A DNA stretch of 64,000 bases. It comes from a virus. The stretch spans positions 1,415 to 65,414 of IMG/VR virus record IMGVR_UViG_3300031520_000001, one strand, 5' to 3'. A program made the translations under genes and the position numbers. Shown here piece after piece: positions 16,678 to 25,518 of the stretch; the stretch's first letter is position 1, and each line of letters opens with the position of its first letter. Below the pieces are notes generated by a model. That model was not told the origin of the DNA. It did not search any database and was given only the letters and a program-made list of their open reading frames with translations.

Positions 16678-17604
16678 TTATGCTACTTTTGCCAATTGTG
16701 CTTGAATGACTTTGTTCAAGGCGTCCAGATGCGATTGTGTCAAGTCTGGATCAGCGATTTGCACACCAAGAATATACGCCTTGAACTTTGTCCACCGTGT
16801 ATCAATCTCGTTGTCAGCAATCTTATAGGCCGTTGCCCATTCAGACCGTGCTTTGTCGATGAGCGACGGTGCTAGTGGCTCCTCAACAGGTGCAGGTACA
16901 CCAGATAGCCACTCTTTGAGGATGTCGGCAACCTTTGTATCAGGTTTTGCTATTGCTTTTCCTGAGAGGGCACTACAACGTGACTTCTGCACAAGCATCG
17001 TATTGTCGTAGTCCATTTCAAAAAAGCAATCGAATTCGTATTCCAAATCTTGACGTTGTACAGGTGCCATACCGACTTTACGCGGCGTTGATTTCCCTGT
17101 ACGTTCGTCACGCTCTAAAGAATATTCTTGCTTCGAGCGCATGGTACAAATGATATGAAGCTTTGACCGTGTGATAGCGTCTATGAGACGGTTCTGGATG
17201 GGCGTTGCTTCTCCCCAGGCCGTAAAGCTATTGCCACTCTTAGAGCGTTTGGTGATAGCCTCCACAATCTCTAAGAGTCCGCCTGGACCGTTCCACGCAT
17301 GAGACAAGCTATCAATCAACAAGACTTCATAGCCGCCTTCCTCGGCATCTTTAATGCCTTGAATGAACTTATCGGGATGATACGAATCAAGCTCCATCAC
17401 ATCAAACTCAGGGAATTGGTCGGCATACTTTGAAGCTGAACCGCGTTCTGTATCAATCACGGCAACCTTACCAGAGTCGGCAAGCCCAAAGGCAAGCGTA
17501 AGACCCGTGTATGTTTTCCCTGTACCGGATGGACCTGCGATAGCAATACGGCCCTTTGCCGCAAATTTCGTCGCTTTCTTAAAGGTCATTTTCGTATCCT
17601 CCAT
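16678..17604 (-). CDS. AAA_24 / Sak4-like ATPase (phage recombination)
   Basis: GPSGTGKT Walker A, IDTERGS, LLIDSLSHAW, IICTMRSK, EYEFD motifs. Confidence 0.85.
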   Translation of the reverse strand: MEDTKMTFKKATKFAAKGRIAIAGPSGTGKTYTGLTLAFGLADSGKVAVIDTERGSASKYADQFPEFDVMELDSYHPDKFIQGIKDAEEGGYEVLLIDSLSHAWNGPGGLLEIVEAITKRSKSGNSFTAWGEATPIQNRLIDAITRSKLHIICTMRSKQEYSLERDERTGKSTPRKVGMAPVQRQDLEYEFDCFFEMDYDNTMLVQKSRCSALSGKAIAKPDTKVADILKEWLSGVPAPVEEPLAPSLIDKARSEWATAYKIADNEIDTRWTKFKAYILGVQIADPDLTQSHLDALNKVIQAQLAKVA

Positions 17605-17645
17605 GCGGCCCTTGCGAGCCGCGCTATTCTACGATGATGTATTTA

Positions 17646-17912
17646 TTAATCTTTTTCGGGAACATCAATAACAACTGTTGTGACGCAATGCGTGTAGCCA
17701 AACGTCTCAAATTCTGTGTTGTACACTTGTGTCTGGACTGACACCAGTTGCTCACGAGTCACGTCTTGCAAGAGGTCATCCACTGCATAGGCTGTACGAG
17801 TGCATGCGTCTTGCCCATTGCGGTCAACGTTGTAGTAAATGAATGTCTGTAACATGTGTAGGTCTCCTTCGTCTTCTAAACTTACTTTCAAATCTATCGT
17901 CTCAGAGCGCAT
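17646..17912 (-). CDS. hypothetical protein
   Basis: 88 aa ORF in the leftward early operon. Confidence 0.5.
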   Translation of the reverse strand: MRSETIDLKVSLEDEGDLHMLQTFIYYNVDRNGQDACTRTAYAVDDLLQDVTREQLVSVQTQVYNTEFETFGYTHCVTTVVIDVPEKD

Positions 17913-18057
17913 GGGAACGGCTCATGCGCTCGTATCGTTCTCAGTCATCCGGCGTACACCAAAGCTATCAACATCGCTCTGATGCGTAATGCTCGTACCT
18001 CTTGGCTGTGGAGCCAGATGGCGAGATATTCGCTCGCCATCATCTCTTGTACGCTCA

Positions 18058-18399
18058 CTACGCCACCTTCCGATGCTGTATCTCATACATGCCGATCATG
18101 CTGAGACATGCAGCGATCAAGCGAGGACTTTCGATGCTACACGTCGCATTGTGGTTCTCATCCATGTAGACCACGAAGTAACGCTGGTAGCACTTGCTCT
18201 GTACCAAATAGTACAGGTCGCCAGCCTTGAGGTAGACACCAGCCGCGATCATGTCGCGTTTGGCTCGGCTCTTGATAACAGGCTCGGTGCTCCTGGTGAT
18301 CTCTACCGTCTCGCGGTAGACGGAAGAGGCAAAACGTGTGTCGCGCAGCAGATTGGCGGCTGTTCGGCGGCTGATTGCGTGTGCGCTTCTATGTCCCAT
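18058..18399 (-). CDS. hypothetical protein
   Basis: 113 aa, AAAGGA RBS, first gene of leftward early operon. Confidence 0.6.
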   Translation of the reverse strand: MGHRSAHAISRRTAANLLRDTRFASSVYRETVEITRSTEPVIKSRAKRDMIAAGVYLKAGDLYYLVQSKCYQRYFVVYMDENHNATCSIESPRLIAACLSMIGMYEIQHRKVA

Positions 18400-18514
18400 G
18401 TGTTAGAATTCCTTTCGGTACCGCAACGCTCCATCTTCATTTGATGCGTTCCGGCTATTGGCTCAACCGCTTCTCAATGTGGAGGCGGTTTGTTTTGTCT
18501 CTCGACTTGTTATA

Positions 18515-18600
18515 AGTATACGACACTTCCATGTATTTGTCAAGTGTTTTTCTTACGAATATTGGAAGTGCTTGAAAATTAATGAAAGATAGTGTATAGT
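18515..18600. promoter_or_regulatory. divergent sigma70-type promoter pair
   Basis: Minus TTGACA-17-TATACT (18543-18515); plus TTGAAA-17-TATAGT (18572-18600); inverted CACTTCC/GGAAGTG boxes between them. Confidence 0.7.
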
Positions 18601-18640
18601 GTTCAGCAGAACATAAGAGCACACAGAGAGGGCTATCTTT

Positions 18641-18955
18641 ATGAACATCGCAGACATAAAAGTAAAGGACTTAACCGATTCAGACGGGGCATCAACTGTA
18701 CTATCAGACCGATTTCACAAGGATTACAGCGTGGATAGCGTCCATCAGTTGGTAAAGAAGGGACGTTTACGAGCGTGGATATTCCAGAAAGGCGTCCTAG
18801 TTGAGCGCACGCCAGAAACACAGACGCGCGGCAAAGACTTACTTTTTCTCTTTTCAGATCTACAAGCAGTTCCACTTCCCCGCAAGGCTGGGCGTCCAAA
18901 GGAAACGAGCGCGCGCGATGTTATCACGTATTCCCGCAAAAGCAAAGTTAGCTAA
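18641..18955 (+). CDS. MerR/excisionase-like HTH regulator with AT-hook-like tail
   Basis: YSVDSVHQLVKKGRL helix pattern, LLF..SDL, RKAGRPK. Confidence 0.6.
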   Translation: MNIADIKVKDLTDSDGASTVLSDRFHKDYSVDSVHQLVKKGRLRAWIFQKGVLVERTPETQTRGKDLLFLFSDLQAVPLPRKAGRPKETSARDVITYSRKSKVS

Positions 18956-18990
18956 CTTTCGTCAAGTCTGAAAATTCATAGCAAAAAGCC

Positions 18991-19019
18991 TTGACATATT
19001 ATCGTAAGTGGTGTATTAT
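18991..19019 (+). promoter_or_regulatory. early promoter
   Basis: TTGACA-17-TATTAT. Confidence 0.7.
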
Positions 19020-19067
19020 ATAAACATCGAGAGAGGACACGAGCCTCCGAGAAAGCGAGAAAAAAAT

Positions 19068-19271
19068 ATGAACAAATTTACCGAGAACGAAATCAAGGAT
19101 GCTGAGTTTGCGATCCTGACTGCAATTGCAGTCAGAAATTATGCGCGTGCTGTTGAACGCAAACGAGGACCGTTGACCGACGCAGAAGTATTGGAGCGTG
19201 TTTCTGCTGAGGAGAAAGAGCGCTTCATTCGTGGAAAAGCTCTTCATAAGGCTGGTGCATATCGCCCATAG
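19068..19271 (+). CDS. hypothetical early protein
   Basis: ATG at 19068 downstream of promoter; 67 aa. Confidence 0.6.
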   Translation: MNKFTENEIKDAEFAILTAIAVRNYARAVERKRGPLTDAEVLERVSAEEKERFIRGKALHKAGAYRP

Positions 19272-19380
19272 GATGAAACGTTTTTGATGACCGTATCAAT
19301 GAGGATGGCGAACTAGAAAAATTACAATAATAAAAGTTGAGTAGCGGGTGGGCAATGCTCACCCAGGAGGATGAGAGACG

Positions 19381-19620
19381 ATGAAACTAGAGCAAGCATT
19401 ACAAGAGACCGGTATAGCCGAGATATATTACGATGGTTACACAGCCACAGTACGCGACGGTCAAGGCGAGAATGACGACAAATTTCGCCTGAGTATACAA
19501 AGCGGCGGAATGCCGCCGCACTACAGCAAGGACCTTGACACGGTTGAACAGGTTGAGCAAGAGATGGGCGACACTCACGCGCCCAAGCCTCTTGCCTGGA
19601 CAGCGGTTGACCCCGAATAA
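19381..19620 (+). CDS. hypothetical early protein
   Basis: 79 aa; AGGAGG and stem-loop upstream. Confidence 0.6.
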   Translation: MKLEQALQETGIAEIYYDGYTATVRDGQGENDDKFRLSIQSGGMPPHYSKDLDTVEQVEQEMGDTHAPKPLAWTAVDPE

Positions 19621-19732
19621 CGAGCGCAGGGCTGGCGATGTGCCAGCCCTCATACATCAACTGAGAAACTTCATCGAATTGATGATGCAAAGTGAAACAA
19701 AAGTAAGTACACTAGAATAAAAGGAGAGTATT

Positions 19733-19921
19733 ATGTCAATAGGTTACACAGGTTGGACATGCACGCAGTGTGGAGAAGAAGTTGATGGACCAAATGATTT
19801 GGCCCATGTATGCCCACCGGGGACACCAGAACCATCGAAGAACGAGTACGTCAACATCACAGGAACAGAGTTCGATCTCCTGACACCAGAAGGGACATTT
19901 TTCTTGCCTCCTGAAGAGTAG
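19733..19921 (+). CDS. small zinc-binding hypothetical protein
   Basis: CTQC...HVC; AAGGAG RBS. Confidence 0.6.
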   Translation: MSIGYTGWTCTQCGEEVDGPNDLAHVCPPGTPEPSKNEYVNITGTEFDLLTPEGTFFLPPEE

Positions 19922-19935
19922 CAAATCTTCCATCA

Positions 19936-20030
19936 AGAGCGCGTCAGTCGAAACCAACGCGCTCTTTCTCAGAGCAATGACCTCAATTGCGCTCACTGCT
20001 CTTTGGTACAATAAGCAAGAGAGAAATGAG
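19936..20030 (+). promoter_or_regulatory. double-dyad promoter cassette, copy 1
   Basis: Two inverted repeats with 14-nt loops followed by extended -10 TGGTACAAT. Confidence 0.6.
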
Positions 20031-20065
20031 CAATTTGGACGTAGAACAGGAAAAGGAGTGAGACG

Positions 20066-20329
20066 ATGAACACATTACAGGGCACTATTCTTAATAGTGA
20101 TTATGAAAGATTCGAAGAAGTATTTCCAGAAGGCTCGAAAGTTCGTTGTGAGTGCGAATGGCAGCCAAGAAAATGGATGAATGGCATTGTCTCGCATCAC
20201 AAGAATAATGCATATGGAATGCCGCAATGGATTTTTATTGAGATGGAGGATGGTTCCTCTGCGGAGTACGATTACCGCTATATTGACGTGGAAGACTTCC
20301 GCAATTCTCTTGTACGTCCGGTAAAATAG
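20066..20329 (+). CDS. hypothetical early protein
   Basis: 87 aa; AAGGAG RBS. Confidence 0.6.
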   Translation: MNTLQGTILNSDYERFEEVFPEGSKVRCECEWQPRKWMNGIVSHHKNNAYGMPQWIFIEMEDGSSAEYDYRYIDVEDFRNSLVRPVK

Positions 20330-20339
20330 GGAAAAAGAA

Positions 20340-20657
20340 GTGCCAATTATTGAGATAGAGGTAAAACCGTTTAGCACGAGCGACGTGATTGTCGCCCTCA
20401 AATGTGGTCATATCAAGGATGGTTCTTTTGTCTCTTCCAAAAATGGAGACCTGTACAAGCATCCAGAATTGATGAAATTCGCACGCAAAAGTACCTCTAG
20501 TAAATTTGGTAAAGCATCCTACACAGAAAATTGGATGCTTACCATCCCAGATGATTGTCCAGTGGCAATTGCGGCTTATCGCCGCACTGGTGCTGGTTCC
20601 GTAAAAACAGAATTTATCTATGAGGTAGTGTTTGTTCCTGTATCGGAGAGGCAGTAA
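20340..20657 (+). CDS. hypothetical early protein
   Basis: 105 aa ORF. Confidence 0.6.
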   Translation: MPIIEIEVKPFSTSDVIVALKCGHIKDGSFVSSKNGDLYKHPELMKFARKSTSSKFGKASYTENWMLTIPDDCPVAIAAYRRTGAGSVKTEFIYEVVFVPVSERQ

Positions 20658-20662
20658 CGAGC

Positions 20663-20772
20663 AGGGCTGGCACATTACACAGCGCGTTGGTTTCGACTGA
20701 TGCACTTCTTTCTCAGAGCAGTGAGCGCAATTGAGGCCACTGCTCTCTGGTACGATAGGCAAAGAAAGGAGA
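20663..20772 (+). promoter_or_regulatory. double-dyad promoter cassette, copy 2 (both loops inverted relative to copy 1)
   Basis: Loops ttggtttcgactga and agcgcaattgaggc are reverse complements (exact and one mismatch) of copy 1 loops; extended -10 TGGTACGAT. Confidence 0.6.
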
Positions 20773-20777
20773 AGGAC

Positions 20778-21068
20778 GTGAAACATAGCATCTCTATTGA
20801 GCCTGGTTCGTCGTACCGACGTATTCTAGATATCATTCAATCCGAGGATGGAACTGCACAGTCCGAAAGCCTGACGGATGAGCATGATGGAACAAACCCG
20901 TACCAACTGCTCACAGTCATTTCAGACAAAGCAATTTCAGAGAGGACTGAGGCAAAAATAGACGCACAACAGAATGTAATCGTCGCCACATTCAACATTG
21001 ACGAAAGAGACGCCGCATGCCTGCCCCTAGAAGGGGCAGGCATGCGGCGTCTCAATGTTGGCACGTGA
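20778..21068 (+). CDS. hypothetical protein; C-terminus probably extended by the IS left end
   Basis: GTG start after AAGGAG; last ~20 codons read through the IS hairpin. Confidence 0.55.
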   Translation: MKHSISIEPGSSYRRILDIIQSEDGTAQSESLTDEHDGTNPYQLLTVISDKAISERTEAKIDAQQNVIVATFNIDERDAACLPLEGAGMRRLNVGT

Positions 21069-21100
21069 CATTCAGTAGTCATAGTAGTATAATAACTACT

Positions 21101-21274
21101 ATGAACAAGAAGGAATTGAATCCGAATATTCGGGTGACGGCAGAGACGCGCAAGGACTTGAAAATCATCGCTGCTCATGAAGGCGAGACGATGTTAGAAG
21201 TGGTTGCGCGTCTTGCCAAACACGAGCGAGAACGGATACAGAAGGGAGATGCTACCCATGCTCAAAACGTATAA
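21101..21274 (+). CDS. small ribbon-helix-helix-like regulator in the IS
   Basis: NIRVTAETRKDLKIIAAHEGETMLEVVARL; GTGACA-17-TATAAT promoter with inverted repeat 21081-21102, probably leaderless. Confidence 0.65.
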   Translation: MNKKELNPNIRVTAETRKDLKIIAAHEGETMLEVVARLAKHERERIQKGDATHAQNV

Positions 21275-22520
21275 GTATCGTCTGTATCCGAACAAAGAAA
21301 CCACGTCAAGGTTGTACTGGACCCTGACCCGATGTCGAGAGTTATACAACGCCGCGCTCAGCGAATACAAAGATGCGTATCAAAAGCACATCCGTACTCG
21401 CATGCACCAAAACGAGCAAGGACAATGGATTATTGCAGAGATGCAAGCCAATGTCAGGGTCAAGAGCGTGTCCTGTTTTGAGCAAATGCGTGATGTGACA
21501 GAAATCAAAAGCGAGATACGGGAAGAGTATCAAGAGATTGCCGCGCATGTGTTACAGGACGTGTTAAAGCGATTAGACAAAGGTATGAAAGCGTTCTATC
21601 GTCGCATCGGAGAAGGACAGACCCCAGGCTTTCCCCGTTTTCAGGGACGCAACCGTTACAATAGTTTCACGTATCCTGATGGGGCTGGTTGGAAGTTAGA
21701 AGGGAACATCCTGCATCTTAGCAAGATAGGAGATATCAAGGTCAAGCTGCACAGACCCATAGAGGGGAAGATGAAGACGTGTACCATTAAGAAAGAGGTT
21801 GACCAATGGTACGTCACGTTCTCTTGTGATATCCCTGATGAGCAAGTAGGAACACATGCGCCGTATACGGATGATGCGATAGGGATTGATGTAGGCTTGT
21901 TGCACTTCGCAACCTTGAGTACAGGTGATACGATAGAGAATCCGCGCTTCTTTCGCAAGGCACAATCTGACTTGAAACGCAAACAACAACACAAAGATAG
22001 GTGTAAGCGTGGCTCTCATCGCAAAGAAAAAGCCAAGAAACAGGTTGCCAAAGCACATCATAAGATCAAGAACCAGCGACAGGATTTTCTGCACAAGCAA
22101 TCACGGCAACTTGTGAATACCTATGAAACCATTGTGTTTGAAGAGTTGCAGATTGCCAATATCAGTAAAGCCCCAAAACCAAAGCAAGATGAGCAGGGTA
22201 AATACTTGCCCAACGGGGCGGCGGCGAAGGGCGGTCTGAATAAAAGCATACTTGATGCTGGTTGGGGTCAATTCGTATCACTGTGCAAGAGCAAAGCAGC
22301 ATACGCTGGCCTTGTCACGGTGCTTACCGTTGACCCCAAATATACCAGTCAAGTCTGTAGCGGATGTGGTCAAGTGCGGAAGAAAACACTTGATGAGCGG
22401 TGGCACTCATGCGAGTGCGGATGTGAACTCGATAGGGACCATAACGCCGCACTCAACATCCTGACCAAAGGATTACAAACACTTTCGGGTGGGACGCACC
22501 CAACGCTGGCAACAGCGTAG
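21258..22520 (+). CDS. tnpB: TnpB RNA-guided endonuclease
   Basis: KTYKYRLYP start, GFPRF, RuvC IGIDVG / IVFEEL / DRDHNAALN, zinc finger CSGC...CEC. Confidence 0.95.
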   Translation: MLKTYKYRLYPNKETTSRLYWTLTRCRELYNAALSEYKDAYQKHIRTRMHQNEQGQWIIAEMQANVRVKSVSCFEQMRDVTEIKSEIREEYQEIAAHVLQDVLKRLDKGMKAFYRRIGEGQTPGFPRFQGRNRYNSFTYPDGAGWKLEGNILHLSKIGDIKVKLHRPIEGKMKTCTIKKEVDQWYVTFSCDIPDEQVGTHAPYTDDAIGIDVGLLHFATLSTGDTIENPRFFRKAQSDLKRKQQHKDRCKRGSHRKEKAKKQVAKAHHKIKNQRQDFLHKQSRQLVNTYETIVFEELQIANISKAPKPKQDEQGKYLPNGAAAKGGLNKSILDAGWGQFVSLCKSKAAYAGLVTVLTVDPKYTSQVCSGCGQVRKKTLDERWHSCECGCELDRDHNAALNILTKGLQTLSGGTHPTLATA

Positions 22521-22574
22521 AAGCCTCCCTGTTCAACGGGGAGGTACGTCACGAATAGCAAAGGTTTCCATTTC

Positions 22575-22604
22575 AAACGCAAGGCCGAAACCTTGCGTTT
22601 TTTT
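22575..22604 (+). terminator. intrinsic terminator
   Basis: aaacgcaagg/ccttgcgttt stem followed by T-run. Confidence 0.75.
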
Positions 22605-22710
22605 GCTGCACCTTTTCATTACAATATTTTCATCATCGGTTACTCGACTCTCAGTCCATCGTCCCTATAATCGCATCACTAATAATGCGCATTATTAAGG
22701 AGAGTATTTC

Positions 22711-23352
22711 ATGAGTACCCCGAATCAACCGCCGAAGCCTGGGCAACCGTTCAACCCGCAGTACCCATCAGGGCAGTATCCACCCATGCCACAACAAGGC
22801 TATCCACAATCGGCACCACAACAGAATTATCAACAGTATCCACAAGGATATCCACAACCGCCATATCAGCAGCCACCTGCACAGCCACCAAAGAAGAAAC
22901 GGCGTGGCTTGCTCATTGTAGGCATTGTACTCGCCGTGTTGGTGTTCGGGTGCATCGGCTCCATTGCACTCGCATCGCGCACAGCACCAGCCACTACAGT
23001 GCCAACAGGCGGCACGTCAGCACAACCAACGAAAGCACCTGCTACGGGCAAGTGGACAACCACGCACAGCTACGCAGGCAACGGTATCAAGAAGACAGAG
23101 AGTTTCGCCGTCGGGAATGATTGGAAAATCCTGTGGACGTGCAAGGGTTCAGATATTGGAGGCACACAAGCAGACTCCGCACTCTCAATCACGGTCAATA
23201 GCTCCGATAACACACCAATTGATGTTGCTAGCAGCACGTGCAAAGCGGGTCAGACCACGAAGGACTCGACAGAAGAGCATAAAAGCGGAACGGTATTTTT
23301 AGACATTACCGGGGCTTCTGATTGGAGTGTTAGCGTTCAGGAGCTAAAATAG
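22711..23352 (+). CDS. membrane-anchored protein with P/Q-rich N-terminus (moron-like)
   Basis: PQ-rich region, KKKRR plus one TM helix, Thr-rich linker, beta-rich C-terminal domain; own TATAAT at 22666 and terminator. Confidence 0.75.
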   Translation: MSTPNQPPKPGQPFNPQYPSGQYPPMPQQGYPQSAPQQNYQQYPQGYPQPPYQQPPAQPPKKKRRGLLIVGIVLAVLVFGCIGSIALASRTAPATTVPTGGTSAQPTKAPATGKWTTTHSYAGNGIKKTESFAVGNDWKILWTCKGSDIGGTQADSALSITVNSSDNTPIDVASSTCKAGQTTKDSTEEHKSGTVFLDITGASDWSVSVQELK

Positions 23353-23373
23353 TATCCAAATTCCTCACAGCAC

Positions 23374-23415
23374 AAGAGCAAGTAGACACTACGTCTACTT
23401 GCTCTTCCTGTTTTT
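23374..23415. terminator. intrinsic terminator between convergent genes
   Basis: aagagcaagtagac/gtctacttgctctt stem followed by cctgttttt. Confidence 0.75.
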
Positions 23416-23416
23416 G

Positions 23417-23836
23417 CTATGAATTTGGCATTGTTCCTGGCGTATCAGGATCTGGCGTATGAGCCCATTCTAAATGTGTTCTTCTGCGCCACACTTCAAG
23501 CGTTTCTTCTGAGCGTTGCACATCGGACTGTGTCGCGAACTTCGCGCTATGGAAAAATTCTTGCTCTATATCTGCAAGAGGAATACGCTTCTCGTTTGCA
23601 ATCTCAGTAAACATATTCCAAATCCGCGTCACCAGTATCTGTGAGGGCAGATTCGTCCCCTTTCCTGTTCGCGTGTTTTTTGAGAGCATCCCATGTGCGA
23701 TTCCCATACGTCGCTCTAATTCTGGACTTGGCACATCCAGATAGGCACATAAAAAATACACCCATTCTCCAAACAACGTTAACCTCTGTTTCTGTCTTCC
23801 AATCCTTCCACCTTGTGGTGTCGGCATATCCTTCAT
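23417..23836 (-). CDS. XRE-like HTH transcriptional regulator
   Basis: PELERRMGIAHGMLSK helix-turn-helix; start 23836 or 23827 uncertain. Confidence 0.6.
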   Translation of the reverse strand: MKDMPTPQGGRIGRQKQRLTLFGEWVYFLCAYLDVPSPELERRMGIAHGMLSKNTRTGKGTNLPSQILVTRIWNMFTEIANEKRIPLADIEQEFFHSAKFATQSDVQRSEETLEVWRRRTHLEWAHTPDPDTPGTMPNS

Positions 23837-24014
23837 AATCCTAGCATACATTACAATAACGATAGATACCAAATCAGTATCTATGTCTCGAAAACAAGAC
23901 ACCGGACACAAGCCTAAAGCCGCGTCCGGTGAAAAGTGTTTACCTTTCTATCATACATGTCGCTATATGATAGAGAGGACTATCGTACTCTTTGTTTCTA
24001 AAAATTCTATGAGA

Positions 24015-24386
24015 CTATCTTTCTTCACGCACTATTCGCATTCGTTCCAGCGCGACTTTGCGTTGATCTGGTGTAAATTTGTCGGTATCTGGTCCCTGGA
24101 GTTGGGCGCGAACTGCCGCATGATGCTCGGTAATAGCGACGTGTTTATTATGCTTTACCTCAAAATACAGGCGTCGTATCTCCTGCATTTGTCCATCGCT
24201 ACATTGCAGTTCTACTGCAAGGGCAATGGCCGTGACAAGCGAAGGAAACACCTCACCTGTCACATGACGCGAAAGCGTTGCAGGTGAGATATCAAGCCGT
24301 CTCGCAAGCTCCGCCTGTGAGTAGTCAAACCGATTATACACGACCAGGGCACGAAATAATTCCAAATAATTTCGAGACATAGACAT
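24015..24386 (-). CDS. XRE/cI-like repressor
   Basis: YSQAELARRLDISPATLSRHVTGEVFPS; AAGGAG RBS; divergent from a plus-strand operon. Confidence 0.85.
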   Translation of the reverse strand: MSMSRNYLELFRALVVYNRFDYSQAELARRLDISPATLSRHVTGEVFPSLVTAIALAVELQCSDGQMQEIRRLYFEVKHNKHVAITEHHAAVRAQLQGPDTDKFTPDQRKVALERMRIVREER

Positions 24387-24495
24387 ACTGATTCTCCTTT
24401 GCGGGGGATGTAAAAAAAGTGTGAACAGCACTACGTAAAAACGAGAATATTGAGAAATACTACTAGGACATGTGGAAACCTTAACCACTTTTCTC

Positions 24496-24524
24496 TTGAC
24501 AGATACTAAGTGAGTATCTATAGT
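24496..24524 (+). promoter_or_regulatory. promoter with internal palindromic operator
   Basis: TTGACA-17-TATAGT; agatact-aagtg-agtatct dyad between the hexamers. Confidence 0.75.
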
Positions 24525-24611
24525 ACAAGCATTACGAAATGTAATGGCTCTACTATATCATTCTGGTTCCAATAGTTCAAATCACGTCGCTGAGAAAAAG
24601 AGGACGCGCCC

Positions 24612-24869
24612 ATGCTAAAGGTACCACATTTCGCCATTTGGCTACTTCGCAACGAGTTTGAGCATCGGCTCACTCGCGTCGTGTTGTTGTTCCGTCGTCG
24701 CCACGTCCAGGCAACAGACTGCCACCCAGACGTTGCCTGGACGTGGCGACGCTGCTGGAAATGCGGTTATCACACGCTTGCGCCCATCGGTCCGTGTCGG
24801 CAATGTGGCGGCGCGATGTATCGCATCGAGTATGTTGCAGGCGCGTGGCGTCCTCTGGAGGTGTCGTAA
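24612..24869 (+). CDS. zinc-ribbon hypothetical protein
   Basis: CWKCG...CRQCGG; AGAGGA RBS. Confidence 0.6.
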   Translation: MLKVPHFAIWLLRNEFEHRLTRVVLLFRRRHVQATDCHPDVAWTWRRCWKCGYHTLAPIGPCRQCGGAMYRIEYVAGAWRPLEVS

Positions 24870-24994
24870 TGCTCTTGTGGCTAGAGACGATGCTCGGCCC
24901 GGAGGCGACAGCTATCGTGGTCACGTACCTGCTCGGCATTCTCATTACCGCCATTTGTGTCGCGATAGAGCGGATTGCGAGGCGAGCGCGATGA
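24869..24994 (+). CDS. small membrane protein
   Basis: MLLWLETMLGPEATAIVVTYLLGILITAICVAIERIARRAR, coupled on both sides. Confidence 0.5.
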   Translation: MLLWLETMLGPEATAIVVTYLLGILITAICVAIERIARRAR

Positions 24995-25518
24995 TCACAC
25001 TGATTACGGGGTTTGTCCCTCTTCCGCCAAGTACCAATAAGCTACACGGCATCGACTCACGACCACGTACCACGCGCTCAGGGAAGATACGCAAGGCAAC
25101 GGTCTATACATTGCCAGAGGTCACGCAGTGGAAGCGTGATGCAGTTCTCTGCTTACACGCGGCCTATCAGGATGTAGCACAGATTGATGTATGTAGACAC
25201 AATGATGCACCGCTCTATCTCAGTATGCTCGCGTATCTTCCACAAAAACGATTGACCGTGCGAGACGATGATAATTTCATCAAGCTTGCTCGTGACCTTG
25301 TACTCAATGTGTACTTAGCTATAGACGATGTGCGTGTCTACGATACCCACGTCTCAAAACGATTGTGCCCCCCAGACCAAGAGCCATCCCTGCTTGTGTC
25401 TGTCTATCAAATGGAGAATGTAGTTACTTATGACGACCTATCAGCACCCACAACAAGAGGAAACCTACCGACCTGTCAGATTATGGCACATGGCAATGGA
25501 CAAGCTGAGGCAAGCTAA
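24991..25518 (+). CDS. rusA: RusA-like Holliday junction resolvase
   Basis: LPPSTNKL, QWK, RDDDNFIKL.RD, IDD..V motifs. Confidence 0.8.
   Translation: MITLITGFVPLPPSTNKLHGIDSRPRTTRSGKIRKATVYTLPEVTQWKRDAVLCLHAAYQDVAQIDVCRHNDAPLYLSMLAYLPQKRLTVRDDDNFIKLARDLVLNVYLAIDDVRVYDTHVSKRLCPPDQEPSLLVSVYQMENVVTYDDLSAPTTRGNLPTCQIMAHGNGQAEAS

Larger units (their letters stand above)
21003..22552 (+). mobile_element. non-autonomous IS200/IS605-family (IS1341-like) element: RHH gene plus tnpB, no tnpA
   Basis: 22-bp perfect left-end hairpin 21007-21053 after TTGAC; right end GAAG-cctccc...ggggagg-tacg-TCAC at 22520-22552; left boundary inferred. Confidence 0.75.

Noticed and set aside
22553-22572. Self-target for the TnpB guide elsewhere in the window
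   Set aside because: No second occurrence noticed by eye; needs a computed search
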